A stretch of 64,000 bases of DNA from Dehalococcoidia bacterium (GCA_963555985.3 OY820591.1:1344001-1408000), one strand, 5' to 3'. Shown: positions 9,725 to 19,053, numbered from the stretch's first letter. The notes: generated from the letters alone by a model not told the origin. Made by a program: numbers and translations.

Positions 9725-10737
9725 CAGACAACCCCGGCAAGCGCCGAATCTCGGTCAATCTCCCCTGGAATCCCGATTTCGTCGAGACCTTCCTGCACCG
9801 CGCGCGGCTCGCCGACGAGATCGGCATCGACACGATCTCCGTAATCGAGGGCTACGGACACGACGCCTTCACCGGCCTCGCCCTACTCGCCCGCGAGACG
9901 CAGCGAGCGCGCCTCGCATCGGCGATCGTGAACGTCTTCTCGCGCACGCCCGCGACACTCGCGCAGAGCTTCGGCACCGTCGATCAGCTCTCCGGCGGAC
10001 GAGTCGTGATCGGACTTGGCGCGAGCGCACCGGGAGCGATCGAGCGCTTCCACGGCGTCAAGTTCGAGCGCCCCTTCGCGCGCCTGCGCGAGGCCATCGA
10101 ACTGATCCGCCTCTACTGGTCGCGTCGGCGCTTCGACTACGACGGCCCCACGATCCACGTAGAGCGCTCGCTGGTCACCGGCGTTGTCCCCGCTCAAGCA
10201 ACGCCGCCGATCCACGTCGCGTCGTTGCATCCCCGCTCGGTACGCCTCACCGCCGAACTCGCCGACGGCTGGATGCCCACCTGGATTCCCAATGACCGCA
10301 CTCCCGCAGCCGTCACCCAAATCCGCGACTGGACGGCCGAAGCCGGACGTGACCGCACTGCCGTTGAGGTCCGATCGCCCGGTACGGCGCTTGTGGTTGC
10401 AGATTCCGAGCGGCTGGCGCAGATCGAGCGCGAGTTCGCGCAAGGTCTCGCCTTCTTCGCCGTCCGCAACGGGCCGGGCTACTTCCATCAATTCGAGCGT
10501 CAGGGCTTCGCCGACGAAGTTGCCGCCATGCGCGACGCTTGGGCCGACGGCGGAGCGGGAGCCGCAGCTGAGATCGCGCTGGGGTTCGCCCATCGCTTCT
10601 CCGTTCGCGGCGATCTCGCCACCTGCGCCGCACATCTCGATGCGCAGGCGGCGGCAGGCGTCGATCTGCACCAGGTCTCCGTCGACACGAACGACGATCA
10701 AGCCTGGGCCGACGCGCTTGCCCGACTTGTGGGGTAA
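9715..10737 (+). CDS. LLM-class flavin/F420-dependent oxidoreductase
   Basis: RTPATLAQ..TVDQLSGGRVVIGLGAS, ELADGW. Confidence 0.88.
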   Translation: MGVTDNPGKRRISVNLPWNPDFVETFLHRARLADEIGIDTISVIEGYGHDAFTGLALLARETQRARLASAIVNVFSRTPATLAQSFGTVDQLSGGRVVIGLGASAPGAIERFHGVKFERPFARLREAIELIRLYWSRRRFDYDGPTIHVERSLVTGVVPAQATPPIHVASLHPRSVRLTAELADGWMPTWIPNDRTPAAVTQIRDWTAEAGRDRTAVEVRSPGTALVVADSERLAQIEREFAQGLAFFAVRNGPGYFHQFERQGFADEVAAMRDAWADGGAGAAAEIALGFAHRFSVRGDLATCAAHLDAQAAAGVDLHQVSVDTNDDQAWADALARLVG

Positions 10738-10790
10738 CGTCATACACGCCCAGACGAAACGATCGCCCACTCGCACGAGAGGAACACCCT

Positions 10791-11321
10791 ATGGCCGACC
10801 TGACCGGAGCTCAGATCCTCGCCCTCTTCACCGACCGCGTACTGCGCTGGACCGCGCAAGGCATGGAAGACCTCACCCAGGAAGAAGTCCATTTCCGCAC
10901 TCACACCGACCAGAACTGCATTGGCTTTGAGGCCTGGCACATCGCCCGCACCGCCGACAACTTGATCCACTTCGCCTTCGAGCGCGAGCAGCCAATCTGG
11001 ATGCAGAAGAACATGCACGAGACCTGGGGTCTGCCCAAGGTCGACCAGGGCACCGGCACATCGTTTGACGAGGTCTCCAGCTGGGTCTTCCCCGAAGGCA
11101 AGGAGATCGCCGCCTATCTCAACGATGTCGCGGACGTGATCGTGCCTCGAATCGAAGGCATGAGCGACGACTACCTCCAGTCCATCACCCGCATCGTCCC
11201 CCAGGGCGAACTCCCCAAGTGGCAGATCATCGGCCAGGTGATCATCAACCACTCCAACAACCACCTCGGCCAGATCAACGTCGGCCGCACCATGCAAGGC
11301 AAGGACGGCCTCGGCTTCTAG
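10791..11321 (+). CDS. DinB family protein
   Basis: N.IGF..WHIARTAD and C-terminal H...HLGQI metal ligands. Confidence 0.85.
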   Translation: MADLTGAQILALFTDRVLRWTAQGMEDLTQEEVHFRTHTDQNCIGFEAWHIARTADNLIHFAFEREQPIWMQKNMHETWGLPKVDQGTGTSFDEVSSWVFPEGKEIAAYLNDVADVIVPRIEGMSDDYLQSITRIVPQGELPKWQIIGQVIINHSNNHLGQINVGRTMQGKDGLGF

Positions 11322-11397
11322 GGGCGCGGCGGACCATTCTGCTCTCTACTTCCTTCTCTGTGGGAGGTGCCGCTCCCTTCCCGTTCTCCCCCCAGCG

Positions 11398-11614
11398 GAG
11401 ACTGATGCATAACTCCCTCCGCCGTCATTCCCGCAAACGGAGGCCTTTGCAAAACTCCCATTTCCGTCATTCCCGCGAACGGAGGCCTTTGCAAAACCCC
11501 TATATCCGTCATTCCCGCGAACGCGGGAATCCATGCGGCGCCTCGAGTGGCATATGAATTCCCATCTGCGAGGGAATGACGAGCTCAGCCGATCGCGGGT
11601 TATGCATCTCCCCC
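11398..11614. mobile_element. MITE family A copy carrying REP-like palindromes and two 42-bp family-B left-end units
   Basis: Left end GAGACTGATGCATAAC, degenerate right end GTTATGCATCTCCCCC, 5-bp flank CAGCG on both sides (11393-11397, 11615-11619). Confidence 0.75.
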
Positions 11615-11653
11615 CAGCGGGGAGAGATACCCACGAGCACTACGGAGGCTCCC

Positions 11654-12979
11654 GTGCCCCAATCCGCCGGCGTCCACCTCATCAACCCGATCTCCCTCAC
11701 CGAGCAGCTCGCCGCGACTCGCTCCGGCGCTCTGTCCCTAGACGAGCTGATCGAACAGGCACTGCGGCGTCTCGATCAAGTGAACCCGCTCGTTCGCGCG
11801 ATGTTGCCCGACATCCGCCAGCGCGAACGCCTCGCCTCCGAAGCCCGAACCATCTCCGAGCGCTGGCCCGATCCGGACGACCGCCCGCCCCTCTACGGCG
11901 CGCTCGTCGCCGTCAAAGACATCTTCAACGTCGACCGGATGCCGACCCGCGCCGGATCAGCCGTCCCGCCTGAGTCCTTCAGCGGCCGCGAAGCCGATGT
12001 CGTCGCCCGCCTGCGCGACGCCGGAGCGCTCGTACTCGGCAAAGCGGTCACGACCGAGTTCGCCTACTTCGCCTCCGGCGCAACTGCCAATCCCCACAAC
12101 CGCGACCACACCCCCGGAGGCTCCAGCAGCGGTTCCGCCGCCGCGATCGCCGCCGGCATCGCCCCGTTGGCGTTGGGCTCCCAGACCGTCGGTTCCGTCG
12201 TCCGCCCAGCCTCCTTCTGCGGCGTCATCGGCTTCAAGCCCTCCTACGACCGCATTCCCACGGGTGGGACGCTCTACTATTCGCCATCGGTCGATACGAT
12301 CGGCTACTTCGTCAGTTCGGCTGCCGATGCCGCCCTGGTCGCGCCGTCGCTGCTCCTCGGCTGGCGCGAGGGTGAGGATGCAGAAGCCCCGGCGCCGCGA
12401 ATCGGAGTCCCCACAGGCGCGTTCCTGGATCAGGCCGGCTCCGAGATGCACAGCGCTCTAGACGCCGCCGCTGACCGGCTGCGTGATGCCGGCATGACCG
12501 TCGAACCTGCGCCGACCCTTCACGACATTGCCGACATCAATACCCGACACCGCAATCTCACCACCTACGAGTTCGCCGAAACCCACCACGAGCGCTACGC
12601 CAAGTACGGCGCGATGTTCCGCCCGGAGAGTGCGCAACTGTACGAAGCGGGATTAGCCATCGCAGCCGAGGATGCCGAAGCAGGACGCGCCAGCCGAATC
12701 GCTCTCCGCCAGCGTCTGCACGAACGCATGGATCGCGCTGGGATCGACGCCTGGCTTGCCCCCTCCGCCGTCGGCCCTGCCCCCGACAGCCTGCGCACCA
12801 CCGGCGATCCCGCCATGAACCTGCCCTGGACTCACGCCGGGATGCCCGTGATCTCGCTCCCGTTCGGCGATGTCGACGGCCTTCCGCTCGGCCTCTCGCT
12901 GGTCGGCCGCTTCGGCCACGACGAGACCTTGCTGGGTCAGGCCGCGATGGTTGAGTCAGCCTTGGCCGCTGACAGGTGA
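11654..12979 (+). CDS. Amidase signature family protein
   Basis: [31 protein letters not shown]; GGAGG RBS before GTG 11654 (the longer ORF start lies inside the MITE). Confidence 0.9.
   Translation: MPQSAGVHLINPISLTEQLAATRSGALSLDELIEQALRRLDQVNPLVRAMLPDIRQRERLASEARTISERWPDPDDRPPLYGALVAVKDIFNVDRMPTRAGSAVPPESFSGREADVVARLRDAGALVLGKAVTTEFAYFASGATANPHNRDHTPGGSSSGSAAAIAAGIAPLALGSQTVGSVVRPASFCGVIGFKPSYDRIPTGGTLYYSPSVDTIGYFVSSAADAALVAPSLLLGWREGEDAEAPAPRIGVPTGAFLDQAGSEMHSALDAAADRLRDAGMTVEPAPTLHDIADINTRHRNLTTYEFAETHHERYAKYGAMFRPESAQLYEAGLAIAAEDAEAGRASRIALRQRLHERMDRAGIDAWLAPSAVGPAPDSLRTTGDPAMNLPWTHAGMPVISLPFGDVDGLPLGLSLVGRFGHDETLLGQAAMVESALAADR
12891..12972 (+). repeat. Amidase 3' end, copy 1 of an imperfect ~82-bp direct repeat
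   Basis: Matches 13773-13854. Confidence 0.85.
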
Positions 12980-13082
12980 CCGCAACGGACAATTCAGCAT
13001 TCGCATCAACGACCAGTACCGCATCTGCTTCGTCTGGACCGATGCTGGTCCCCACCAAGTCGAGATCACTGACTATCACTAG
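12969..13082 (+). pseudogene. higB: HigB (RelE/ParE-type) toxin, C-terminal remnant
   Basis: [30 protein letters not shown]; N-terminal two-thirds absent. Confidence 0.85.
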
Positions 13083-13084
13083 AA

Positions 13085-13440
13085 GAGACTGATGCATAAC
13101 TCCCGCCGCCGCCATTCCCGCGTTCGGAGGCCTTTGCAAAATCTCCATCTCCGTCATTCCCGCGCAGGGAGGCCGTTGCAAAACTCCCATTTCCGTCATT
13201 CCCGCGCAGGGAGGCCTTTGCAGAACCCCCATATCCGTCATTCCCGCGCACGCGGGAATCCATGCGGCGTATCGAGCGAGACGTGGATTCTCACGTTCGC
13301 AAGAATGACGAAACGCTCAGATCGAGGATTCTGCAAAGGCCTCCGTTCGCGGGAATCCAGTCTCCCTATCTGCTCAGCACTGGGTGCCTCGTTGAGTCGG
13401 AATGGCGGAAATGCGGCATCATGGGTTATGCATTGGTCTC
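13085..13440. mobile_element. MITE family A copy inserted between higB and higA
   Basis: TIRs GAGACTGATGCATAAC / GTTATGCATTGGTCTC, TSD TAGAA (13080-13084, 13441-13445). Confidence 0.85.
13127..13343. mobile_element. MITE family B nested in family A
   Basis: TIRs GAGGCCTTTGCAAAA / TTCTGCAAAGGCCTC, TSD CGTTCG (13121-13126, 13344-13349); left ends at 13127, 13169, 13211. Confidence 0.8.
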
Positions 13441-13457
13441 TAGAAAGGAGAGCAGAA

Positions 13458-13772
13458 ATGGTGCGCATTCCGACCAGCCGAGAGCCGACTCACCCGGGTT
13501 CGATGCTGCTGTACGAGTTCCTGCAGCCCATGGAGTTGACCCAGCGCGAGTTGGCCACTGCGATCCACGTGCCATTTCAGCGCGTGAACGAGGTGGTTCG
13601 GGGCAGACGCGGCATAACGCCGAGTACGGCGCTGCGGCTCGCTAGGTACTTCGGCACGACTCCCGACTTTTGGATGAATCTCCAATTGCGCTGGGACCTC
13701 TATCACGCGCAGCAGGCCGAAGCAGCAGAAATCGAGACCATCCAGCCATTGCAACCCGTGAACGCCAGATGA
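13458..13772 (+). CDS. higA: HigA family addiction-module antitoxin
   Basis: PTHPG..L..EFL, RVNEVVRGRRGITPSTALRLARYFGTTPDFWMNLQ; AAGGAG RBS. Confidence 0.92.
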   Translation: MVRIPTSREPTHPGSMLLYEFLQPMELTQRELATAIHVPFQRVNEVVRGRRGITPSTALRLARYFGTTPDFWMNLQLRWDLYHAQQAEAAEIETIQPLQPVNAR

Positions 13773-13861
13773 GCCTCTCCCTGGCTGGCTGCTTCGGCCA
13801 CGACGAGACCTTATTGGGGCAGGCCGTGATGGTTGAGAAAGCTCTGGCGACTGAGCAATAG
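13773..13861 (+). repeat. Second, diverged copy of the amidase 3' end
   Basis: Encodes [28 protein letters not shown], versus [28 protein letters not shown] in the intact gene. Confidence 0.85.
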
Positions 13862-14016
13862 CGACACGCCCGCAGAGACTCGACCTGCTCTTCGGCTGGT
13901 GCGCCCTCATGAGCGGACTTCCACATTCCCAACGACAGAGATGCCGTCTGTTCGGGCGGTAGCCTGCCGATGGCCGCATCCACCCATCTTGAGGCCTGAA
14001 ACCCGAACGCTTTCCG

Positions 14017-15081
14017 ATGAGGACTCTCAACACACTCCGCGGCGTCTTCGTTGGGTTGATTGCCTTTGCGGCCGCGCAAGTACTCTCGCTGCTTCCTCAA
14101 GAGTTCACCCTCCGTCTGCTGGAACGGAACCTTGCCAGACGCCGGACACGTGATGCTCTGGCTGAGCGGCCGGACGGCATCCACGTCCTGCTCTGCGGGG
14201 CCGGCGGCCCGCTCACGGACATCAAGCGTTCCGGCCCCTGCGTGGCCGTCCAGGCCGGAGCGCACCTGTATGTGATCGACGCCGGCACCAATGGCGCGCG
14301 CAACCTGGGACGGTTCTCGGTCAATCCGGGACGAGTCGAGGCGGTCTTCCTGACCCACGCGCACTCGGATCACATTGACGGCCTGGGCGAACTCGGCATG
14401 TTGCGCTGGATCGGCAGCGGCAGCGAGCGACCGCTGCCCGTTCATGGCCCGCCGCCGGTCAGCGCTGTCGCCGCCGGTTTCAATCAGGCATACGCGGCGG
14501 ACTTCGGCTACCGGACTGCCCACCACGGCTCCGAGATCGCGCCGCCGAGCGGAGCCGGACTGGAGGCCTTGCCGTTCCCGTTGCCGGGCGACGGTGAACT
14601 CCACGCCGTGCTTGAGACCGAGGACGGCGTTCGAGTCAGCGCATTCTCCGTGTCGCACGCGCCCGTCTGCGAGGCCGTGGGCTATCGGATCGACTACCGG
14701 GGACGCTCGATCGTGGTGAGCGGCGACACCGCGTACTCCGCCAATCTGATTCAACATGCGCGCGGCGTCGACCTGCTCGTGCACGATGCGCTAGCGAGCA
14801 GGCTGACCGAGCGGATCGCCGCCGCTGCGGAGTCGGCTGGCAACCGGCGCGCGGCCAAGGTGCTGCGCGACGTGCCCTCGTACCACGCCACTCCGGTGGA
14901 GGCTGCCGAGGCCGCAGCCGCGGCCGGCGCGAAACAGTTGCTGCTCTATCACATCGTCCCGCCGTTGCCGACGTCTGCGCTGGAACGAGTCTTCCTCAGC
15001 GGCGTCGCCGATGTCTACGAGGGCAGAGTCGCCCTCGGTCGAGACGGCACGCTCATTTCGCTGGACGAAGGGTCGCAATAG
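14017..15081 (+). CDS. MBL-fold metallohydrolase (RNase Z/arylsulfatase-like) with N-terminal membrane anchor
   Basis: THAHSDHIDG, VSGDT, LVHDA, YHATP, YHIVPP. Confidence 0.85.
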   Translation: MRTLNTLRGVFVGLIAFAAAQVLSLLPQEFTLRLLERNLARRRTRDALAERPDGIHVLLCGAGGPLTDIKRSGPCVAVQAGAHLYVIDAGTNGARNLGRFSVNPGRVEAVFLTHAHSDHIDGLGELGMLRWIGSGSERPLPVHGPPPVSAVAAGFNQAYAADFGYRTAHHGSEIAPPSGAGLEALPFPLPGDGELHAVLETEDGVRVSAFSVSHAPVCEAVGYRIDYRGRSIVVSGDTAYSANLIQHARGVDLLVHDALASRLTERIAAAAESAGNRRAAKVLRDVPSYHATPVEAAEAAAAAGAKQLLLYHIVPPLPTSALERVFLSGVADVYEGRVALGRDGTLISLDEGSQ

Positions 15082-15114
15082 CGTCCTGGCGGGCCCAACC
15101 AAGCAGTCTCGAAC

Positions 15115-15189
15115 TGGTCCCCCCGGGAGGATTCGAACCTCCGCGCGCGGTTTAGGAAACCGGTGCTCTCTCCCCTGAGCTACGGGGGG
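15115..15189 (-). tRNA. tRNA-Arg(CCT)
   Basis: CCCCCCGTAGCTCAGGGGAGAGAGC..TTCCTAA..GGTTCGAATCC..ACCA. Confidence 0.9.
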
Positions 15190-15269
15190 CCGCTCGAATG
15201 TATCAGCGCGGTTGCGTAACCTGCGCCTCAGTCCCTCCTGCCGCGATCCAGCACACCGAGAGTTCTCTC

Positions 15270-15521
15270 ATGCCGCTCTACGAGTACTACTGCCGCGCCT
15301 GCAACGAGAAGTTCACCAAGCTCCGCCCGATGAGCGCCGCCGCCGAACCCTACGACCACGACTGCGGCCAGACCGCCCAGAAAGTCCTCACCGCCGCCGT
15401 CGTCACCGTCGCCGGACAGTTTGCCGAGGCCGAGGCGGCCGAAGCCGCTCCGGTCGGCGGCGGCTGCGCCTGTGGCCGAGGATCGTGCGGCTGCGGCGGC
15501 GGCATGGGCGCGTTGAACTAG
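15270..15521 (+). CDS. FmdB family zinc-ribbon protein
   Basis: MPLYEYYCRAC..F, Cys/Gly-rich tail GGGCACGRGSCGC. Confidence 0.85.
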   Translation: MPLYEYYCRACNEKFTKLRPMSAAAEPYDHDCGQTAQKVLTAAVVTVAGQFAEAEAAEAAPVGGGCACGRGSCGCGGGMGALN

Positions 15522-15580
15522 CACGCTCTCCCGCCCCGCCGGACGCGACTGATTCCTACCCATCGGCGATTGGCTGAACG

Positions 15581-17062
15581 ATGAACCACCGCTTGCTGCT
15601 CCTGTCAGCGGGAACGCTGCTCACCGCCGCTGTCGTCGCTGCGATCCTGATCAGCGGTCTGATCCCGCTCGATTTCGCCGTCTCCGACAAGCACGGCGAC
15701 AGCCAAATCGACATGCGCGTACAAGCTCGGCAAACGGAGAGCGGTCGAGTCGAGGTGCGGGCCCAATCCAGCGCCGGCAGCGGCGAATGGATCACTCACA
15801 CGCCCGAGGCCCGCTTCCTCCCCGCCGAACCCCAGCCCGGCAGCTGGTACTCCAGCAATTCGTTCGCCGTGAGCGCCCCCGCTGCGGCGCCGGACAGCTC
15901 CGACGAAGCGCGCTACACCCAGTCCTTCGTCGAGCAGGCGATCGACTACTACGAACATCACGGCCGTGAGGCGACGATCGAGTACTACAGCACCCCCGGC
16001 AGCGCCGAGGGGCAGTGGTACATGTTCATCATCGATGAAGCGGATGTCATCATCGCCCATCAGAATCCGGATCTGATCGGAGCCCACGCCGACGACGTCA
16101 ACGGCCCCGACGGCTACCCGGCCGGGCGCATGGTCGTCGCCTCCGCCACTGAGGACGGCGCCTGGGTCGATTACCAGTTCAGCAATCTCGCCAGCGGAGA
16201 AGACGAGATCAAGCACTCCTGGGTCGTGCGTCACGACGGCCTGATCTTCGGCTCCGGCTGGTACGAGCAAGCTCCGTCGAAAGTTCACGCGCCGGGCGCG
16301 TTCACGCAGTCCTACGTGGCGCGAGCGCTGGAGCTGTACCGCGTGCTGGGCCGCGAGGCGACGCTGGAGTACTACAGCACGCCCGAGAGCGCCGACGGCC
16401 AGTGGTACATGTTCATCCACACGACCGAGGGCACGCGCGTCGCGCACGCCCACCGCGCCAACCGTCCGGGCTGGCTGGGCAGCAACGTCGGCGTGGGCGG
16501 CGTCGACGTGACCGGCTACAACTACGGCCAGGACATGCTCACCATCGAGGATCGCGGCTGGGTCGCCTACGTCTTCGTCAACCCCGCCGACCAAGACCAG
16601 TACCAGCGCAAGCACAGTTGGATCGTCACCCACGACGGCCTCCAGTTCGGCTCCGGTTGGTACGACCGCCACTACGACCTGGCGGGCGAAGACCCGGCCG
16701 GCTACTCGAAGTTGCTCGTCCAGCAGGCGATTGACCTGTACGACGCCGAGGGACGCCAAGCGGCGCTCGACTACTACAGCTCGCTCGAGAGTGTGGACGG
16801 CGAGTGGTATGTGATCATCATCCACCCCGACGGCACGCGCCTGGCGCATCCCTTCCTGCCGCTGGGCGAGAACATTCTCGACAGCGGCCCCGACATCACC
16901 GGCTACGACTTCCGCCCGGACATCGTCGCGGTCGAAGACCGCGATTGGGTGAGCTACGTGTTCGAGAATCCCGACACCGGAGAGCAGAACCAGAAGCACA
17001 CCTGGATCGTGCGCCACGACGGACTGCTCTTCGCCGCCGGCTGGTACGAAGAGATCGAGTAA
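15581..17062 (+). CDS. Secreted or membrane-anchored protein with three tandem Cache-like domains
   Basis: N-terminal hydrophobic segment; three repeats of V.QAI..Y...GREAT..YYS....GQWY.FI ... WV.Y.F.NP....KHSW...HDGL.FGSGWY. Confidence 0.8.
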   Translation: MNHRLLLLSAGTLLTAAVVAAILISGLIPLDFAVSDKHGDSQIDMRVQARQTESGRVEVRAQSSAGSGEWITHTPEARFLPAEPQPGSWYSSNSFAVSAPAAAPDSSDEARYTQSFVEQAIDYYEHHGREATIEYYSTPGSAEGQWYMFIIDEADVIIAHQNPDLIGAHADDVNGPDGYPAGRMVVASATEDGAWVDYQFSNLASGEDEIKHSWVVRHDGLIFGSGWYEQAPSKVHAPGAFTQSYVARALELYRVLGREATLEYYSTPESADGQWYMFIHTTEGTRVAHAHRANRPGWLGSNVGVGGVDVTGYNYGQDMLTIEDRGWVAYVFVNPADQDQYQRKHSWIVTHDGLQFGSGWYDRHYDLAGEDPAGYSKLLVQQAIDLYDAEGRQAALDYYSSLESVDGEWYVIIIHPDGTRLAHPFLPLGENILDSGPDITGYDFRPDIVAVEDRDWVSYVFENPDTGEQNQKHTWIVRHDGLLFAAGWYEEIE

Positions 17063-17116
17063 AGCGGCAGTGACGGAGGGTAGAGTTCGCACAGGCCGAG
17101 ATCCGTTCCCCTCCTA

Positions 17117-17249
17117 GAGACCGATGCATAACCCTTGTTTCGTCATTCCCGCGAAAGCGGGAATCCATGTGGTGCCTCGAGTGGCATCTGGACCCCCATT
17201 TGCGAGGGAATGACGAGCTCAGCCGATCGCGGGGTTATGCATCGGTCCC
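17117..17249. mobile_element. MITE family A, minimal 133-bp copy
   Basis: TIRs GAGACCGATGCATAACCC / GGGTTATGCATCGGTCCC, TSD TCCTA (17112-17116, 17250-17254), internal CGTCATTCCCGCGAAAGCGGGAATCC dyad. Confidence 0.85.
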
Positions 17250-17257
17250 TCCTACCC

Positions 17258-17944
17258 TCACGCCCGGCGCAGGACCCACCAACTCACTCCGCTCAGCGCG
17301 GCCAACGGAACCAGAATCGCCGCGCCGATCAGCAGCGTCGTGTCGAAGAAGAAGCGCTGCGGGAAGAGCTGAATCAGCGCGTCGCGCGAACTCAGCTGCC
17401 AGAGATCGTTGGTGAAGAAGATCAGGTGGAAGCTGCGGAAGGCGGAGTCGAACCCGCTCAGCCCGAAGATCGCCAGCGCGACGAACGCGATCGCGACGAT
17501 CCCGCAGGCGATCAGGACTGATCGCGCCAGGCTGCGCAGCGCCCGCTCGGCCCGCCAGATCACAAACGCGATGAAGGCGATGATGTAGCCCAGCGCGGCC
17601 CAGCCCGCGTCGTAGACCCGCGCCATCAGCCGCTTCACGTCGACCATGTGCAGCACTTCGCGCTCGGAGTAGAAGGGCGCGCCGCCGACGCTGACCGTCA
17701 GCAGTTCGTCGTCGTTGGAGAGGTAGTCGCGCGTTTCGGCGGCGACCCGATCCACTTCCTCCGGCGTCAGACCGGTGCGCGAGACGGCGTCGTAGCGCTC
17801 GAAGCCGCGCTCCCACCAGGCGTCCGAGGTCGCGGCATAGCGCACCGCGAGCGCAATCGGCAGCACCAGCAGCGCCAGCGCCAGCGCCAGGTGCGCCAGC
17901 GTCCAGGCCAGGCGAGCCGCGATCAGCAGAGCGATAGGATTCAT
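17258..17944 (-). CDS. TIGR01906-like integral membrane protein
   Basis: REVLHMVDVKRL, F.SFHLIFF.NDLW, LIQLFPQRFF; several TM segments. Confidence 0.85.
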   Translation of the reverse strand: MNPIALLIAARLAWTLAHLALALALLVLPIALAVRYAATSDAWWERGFERYDAVSRTGLTPEEVDRVAAETRDYLSNDDELLTVSVGGAPFYSEREVLHMVDVKRLMARVYDAGWAALGYIIAFIAFVIWRAERALRSLARSVLIACGIVAIAFVALAIFGLSGFDSAFRSFHLIFFTNDLWQLSSRDALIQLFPQRFFFDTTLLIGAAILVPLAALSGVSWWVLRRA

Positions 17945-17980
17945 GCGTCGCCTAGAGCCTATCGAGTGCCGGAGTCTCAG

Positions 17981-18901
17981 ATGTTGCGGAACCTCGCCAA
18001 GATCATTGAACTTGCCGGACTCGAAGACGAAGCGACGTTCAGCGTCGTGCGCTCGTCCGCCGCCGCAGCGCCGCTCACGACGGGCGCGCTCTTGGTGCTG
18101 GTAGACGATCCCCTTGGCCTGGCGACCACGCTGCGCCACTATCCGGCGGAACACGCCGTCCGCGTCGTTGATCGCGACGAGCGCGTCAGCGCCTCCACTG
18201 TGGCCGAACTCTTGCAAGACAGCGAGCACGCCGCCGCGCTGATTCTCGATCCGATCGATCTGTTCGAGCTGCGCAACGCGCCAGAGGGCGTGCGCGGCGT
18301 GATCGACCGCCTGCGCGATCCCGACGACGGCTGTCCCTGGGACAACGCGCAGACGCATCTGAGCCTGCGCCCGCATCTGCTCGAAGAGACCTACGAGGTG
18401 CTCGAAGCGATCGCCGGGGGCGACCCCGCCCACCTCTGCGAAGAGTTGGGCGATCTGCTGATGCAGGTGGTGCTGCACGCGAAGCTGGCCGAGCAGGACG
18501 GGCACTTCAGCCTCGACGACGTGGCCGAGGGCATTCGCGCCAAGCTGGTGCGCCGTCACCCTCATGTCTTCGGCGACGCCTCGGCCGACTCTGCCGCTTG
18601 GGTGGAGGGCGCTTGGGAGCGTCTGAAAGCGAGGGAGCGTCCCAACCGCGAGTCCGTGCTCGACGGCGTGCCCAAGACGCTGCCGGCGCTGGCGCGAGCC
18701 CAGTCCTTGCTCGGCCGCGCGGAGCGCAACGGCTTTGCTCGCCAAGCCGGTGGGAGCGACGATCCGGGCGAGCGGGCGCTTGACCTGGTGCTGGAGGCAA
18801 GGGCGGCCGGGATCCAGCTTGAGGATGCGGTCCGGGATGCTCTGGATCGTTTTGAGCGGGGTGTTCGTGCGGTGGAGGCGGAGGGTCGGGGCGGGGGGTG
18901 A
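17981..18901 (+). CDS. mazG: MazG family nucleotide pyrophosphohydrolase
   Basis: GCPWD..QTH.SL..HLLEETYEV, EELGDLLMQVV.H, KLVRRHPHVFG; second domain shortened. Confidence 0.85.
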   Translation: MLRNLAKIIELAGLEDEATFSVVRSSAAAAPLTTGALLVLVDDPLGLATTLRHYPAEHAVRVVDRDERVSASTVAELLQDSEHAAALILDPIDLFELRNAPEGVRGVIDRLRDPDDGCPWDNAQTHLSLRPHLLEETYEVLEAIAGGDPAHLCEELGDLLMQVVLHAKLAEQDGHFSLDDVAEGIRAKLVRRHPHVFGDASADSAAWVEGAWERLKARERPNRESVLDGVPKTLPALARAQSLLGRAERNGFARQAGGSDDPGERALDLVLEARAAGIQLEDAVRDALDRFERGVRAVEAEGRGGG

Positions 18902-18933
18902 GTGGTTTCGGTGGTTCGGGATTCTCGTCTGCG

Positions 18934-19053
18934 GGGAGGTTTGCGTATGGCAAAGACCGTCATACCCGCGCTTGCCGCGGGTATCTCGCTGTGATCTGCA
19001 CGGTCGTCGCTCGCGCGGCAATGACGGAGCACGTCGGCCATTGCAAAGCTCTC
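18934..19053. repeat. Degenerate MITE-B-like element with a different internal palindrome
   Basis: Ends GGGAGGTTTGCG / TTGCAAAGCTCTC; internal CGTCATACCCGCGCTTGCCGCGGGTAT...CGCGGCAATGACG. Confidence 0.55.

Noticed and set aside
11420-13260. 42-bp periodic repeats as a CRISPR array
   Set aside because: The variable parts are only a few bases and similar to each other, there are no cas genes, and TIR/TSD structure explains the repeats better.
13092-13457. N-terminal extension of higA (226-aa ORF) and similar RHSR-repeat ORFs at 11.2-11.7, 17.1 and 20.3 kb
   Set aside because: These are translations of the MITE/REP arrays; the real genes have their own RBS and start codons.
15900-17060. Cache repeats as a diversity-generating retroelement TR/VR pair
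   Set aside because: The differences are not adenine-specific and no reverse transcriptase is present.
15605-17092. 495-aa minus-strand ORF
   Set aside because: Antisense shadow of the Cache-repeat gene, typical of high-GC DNA.
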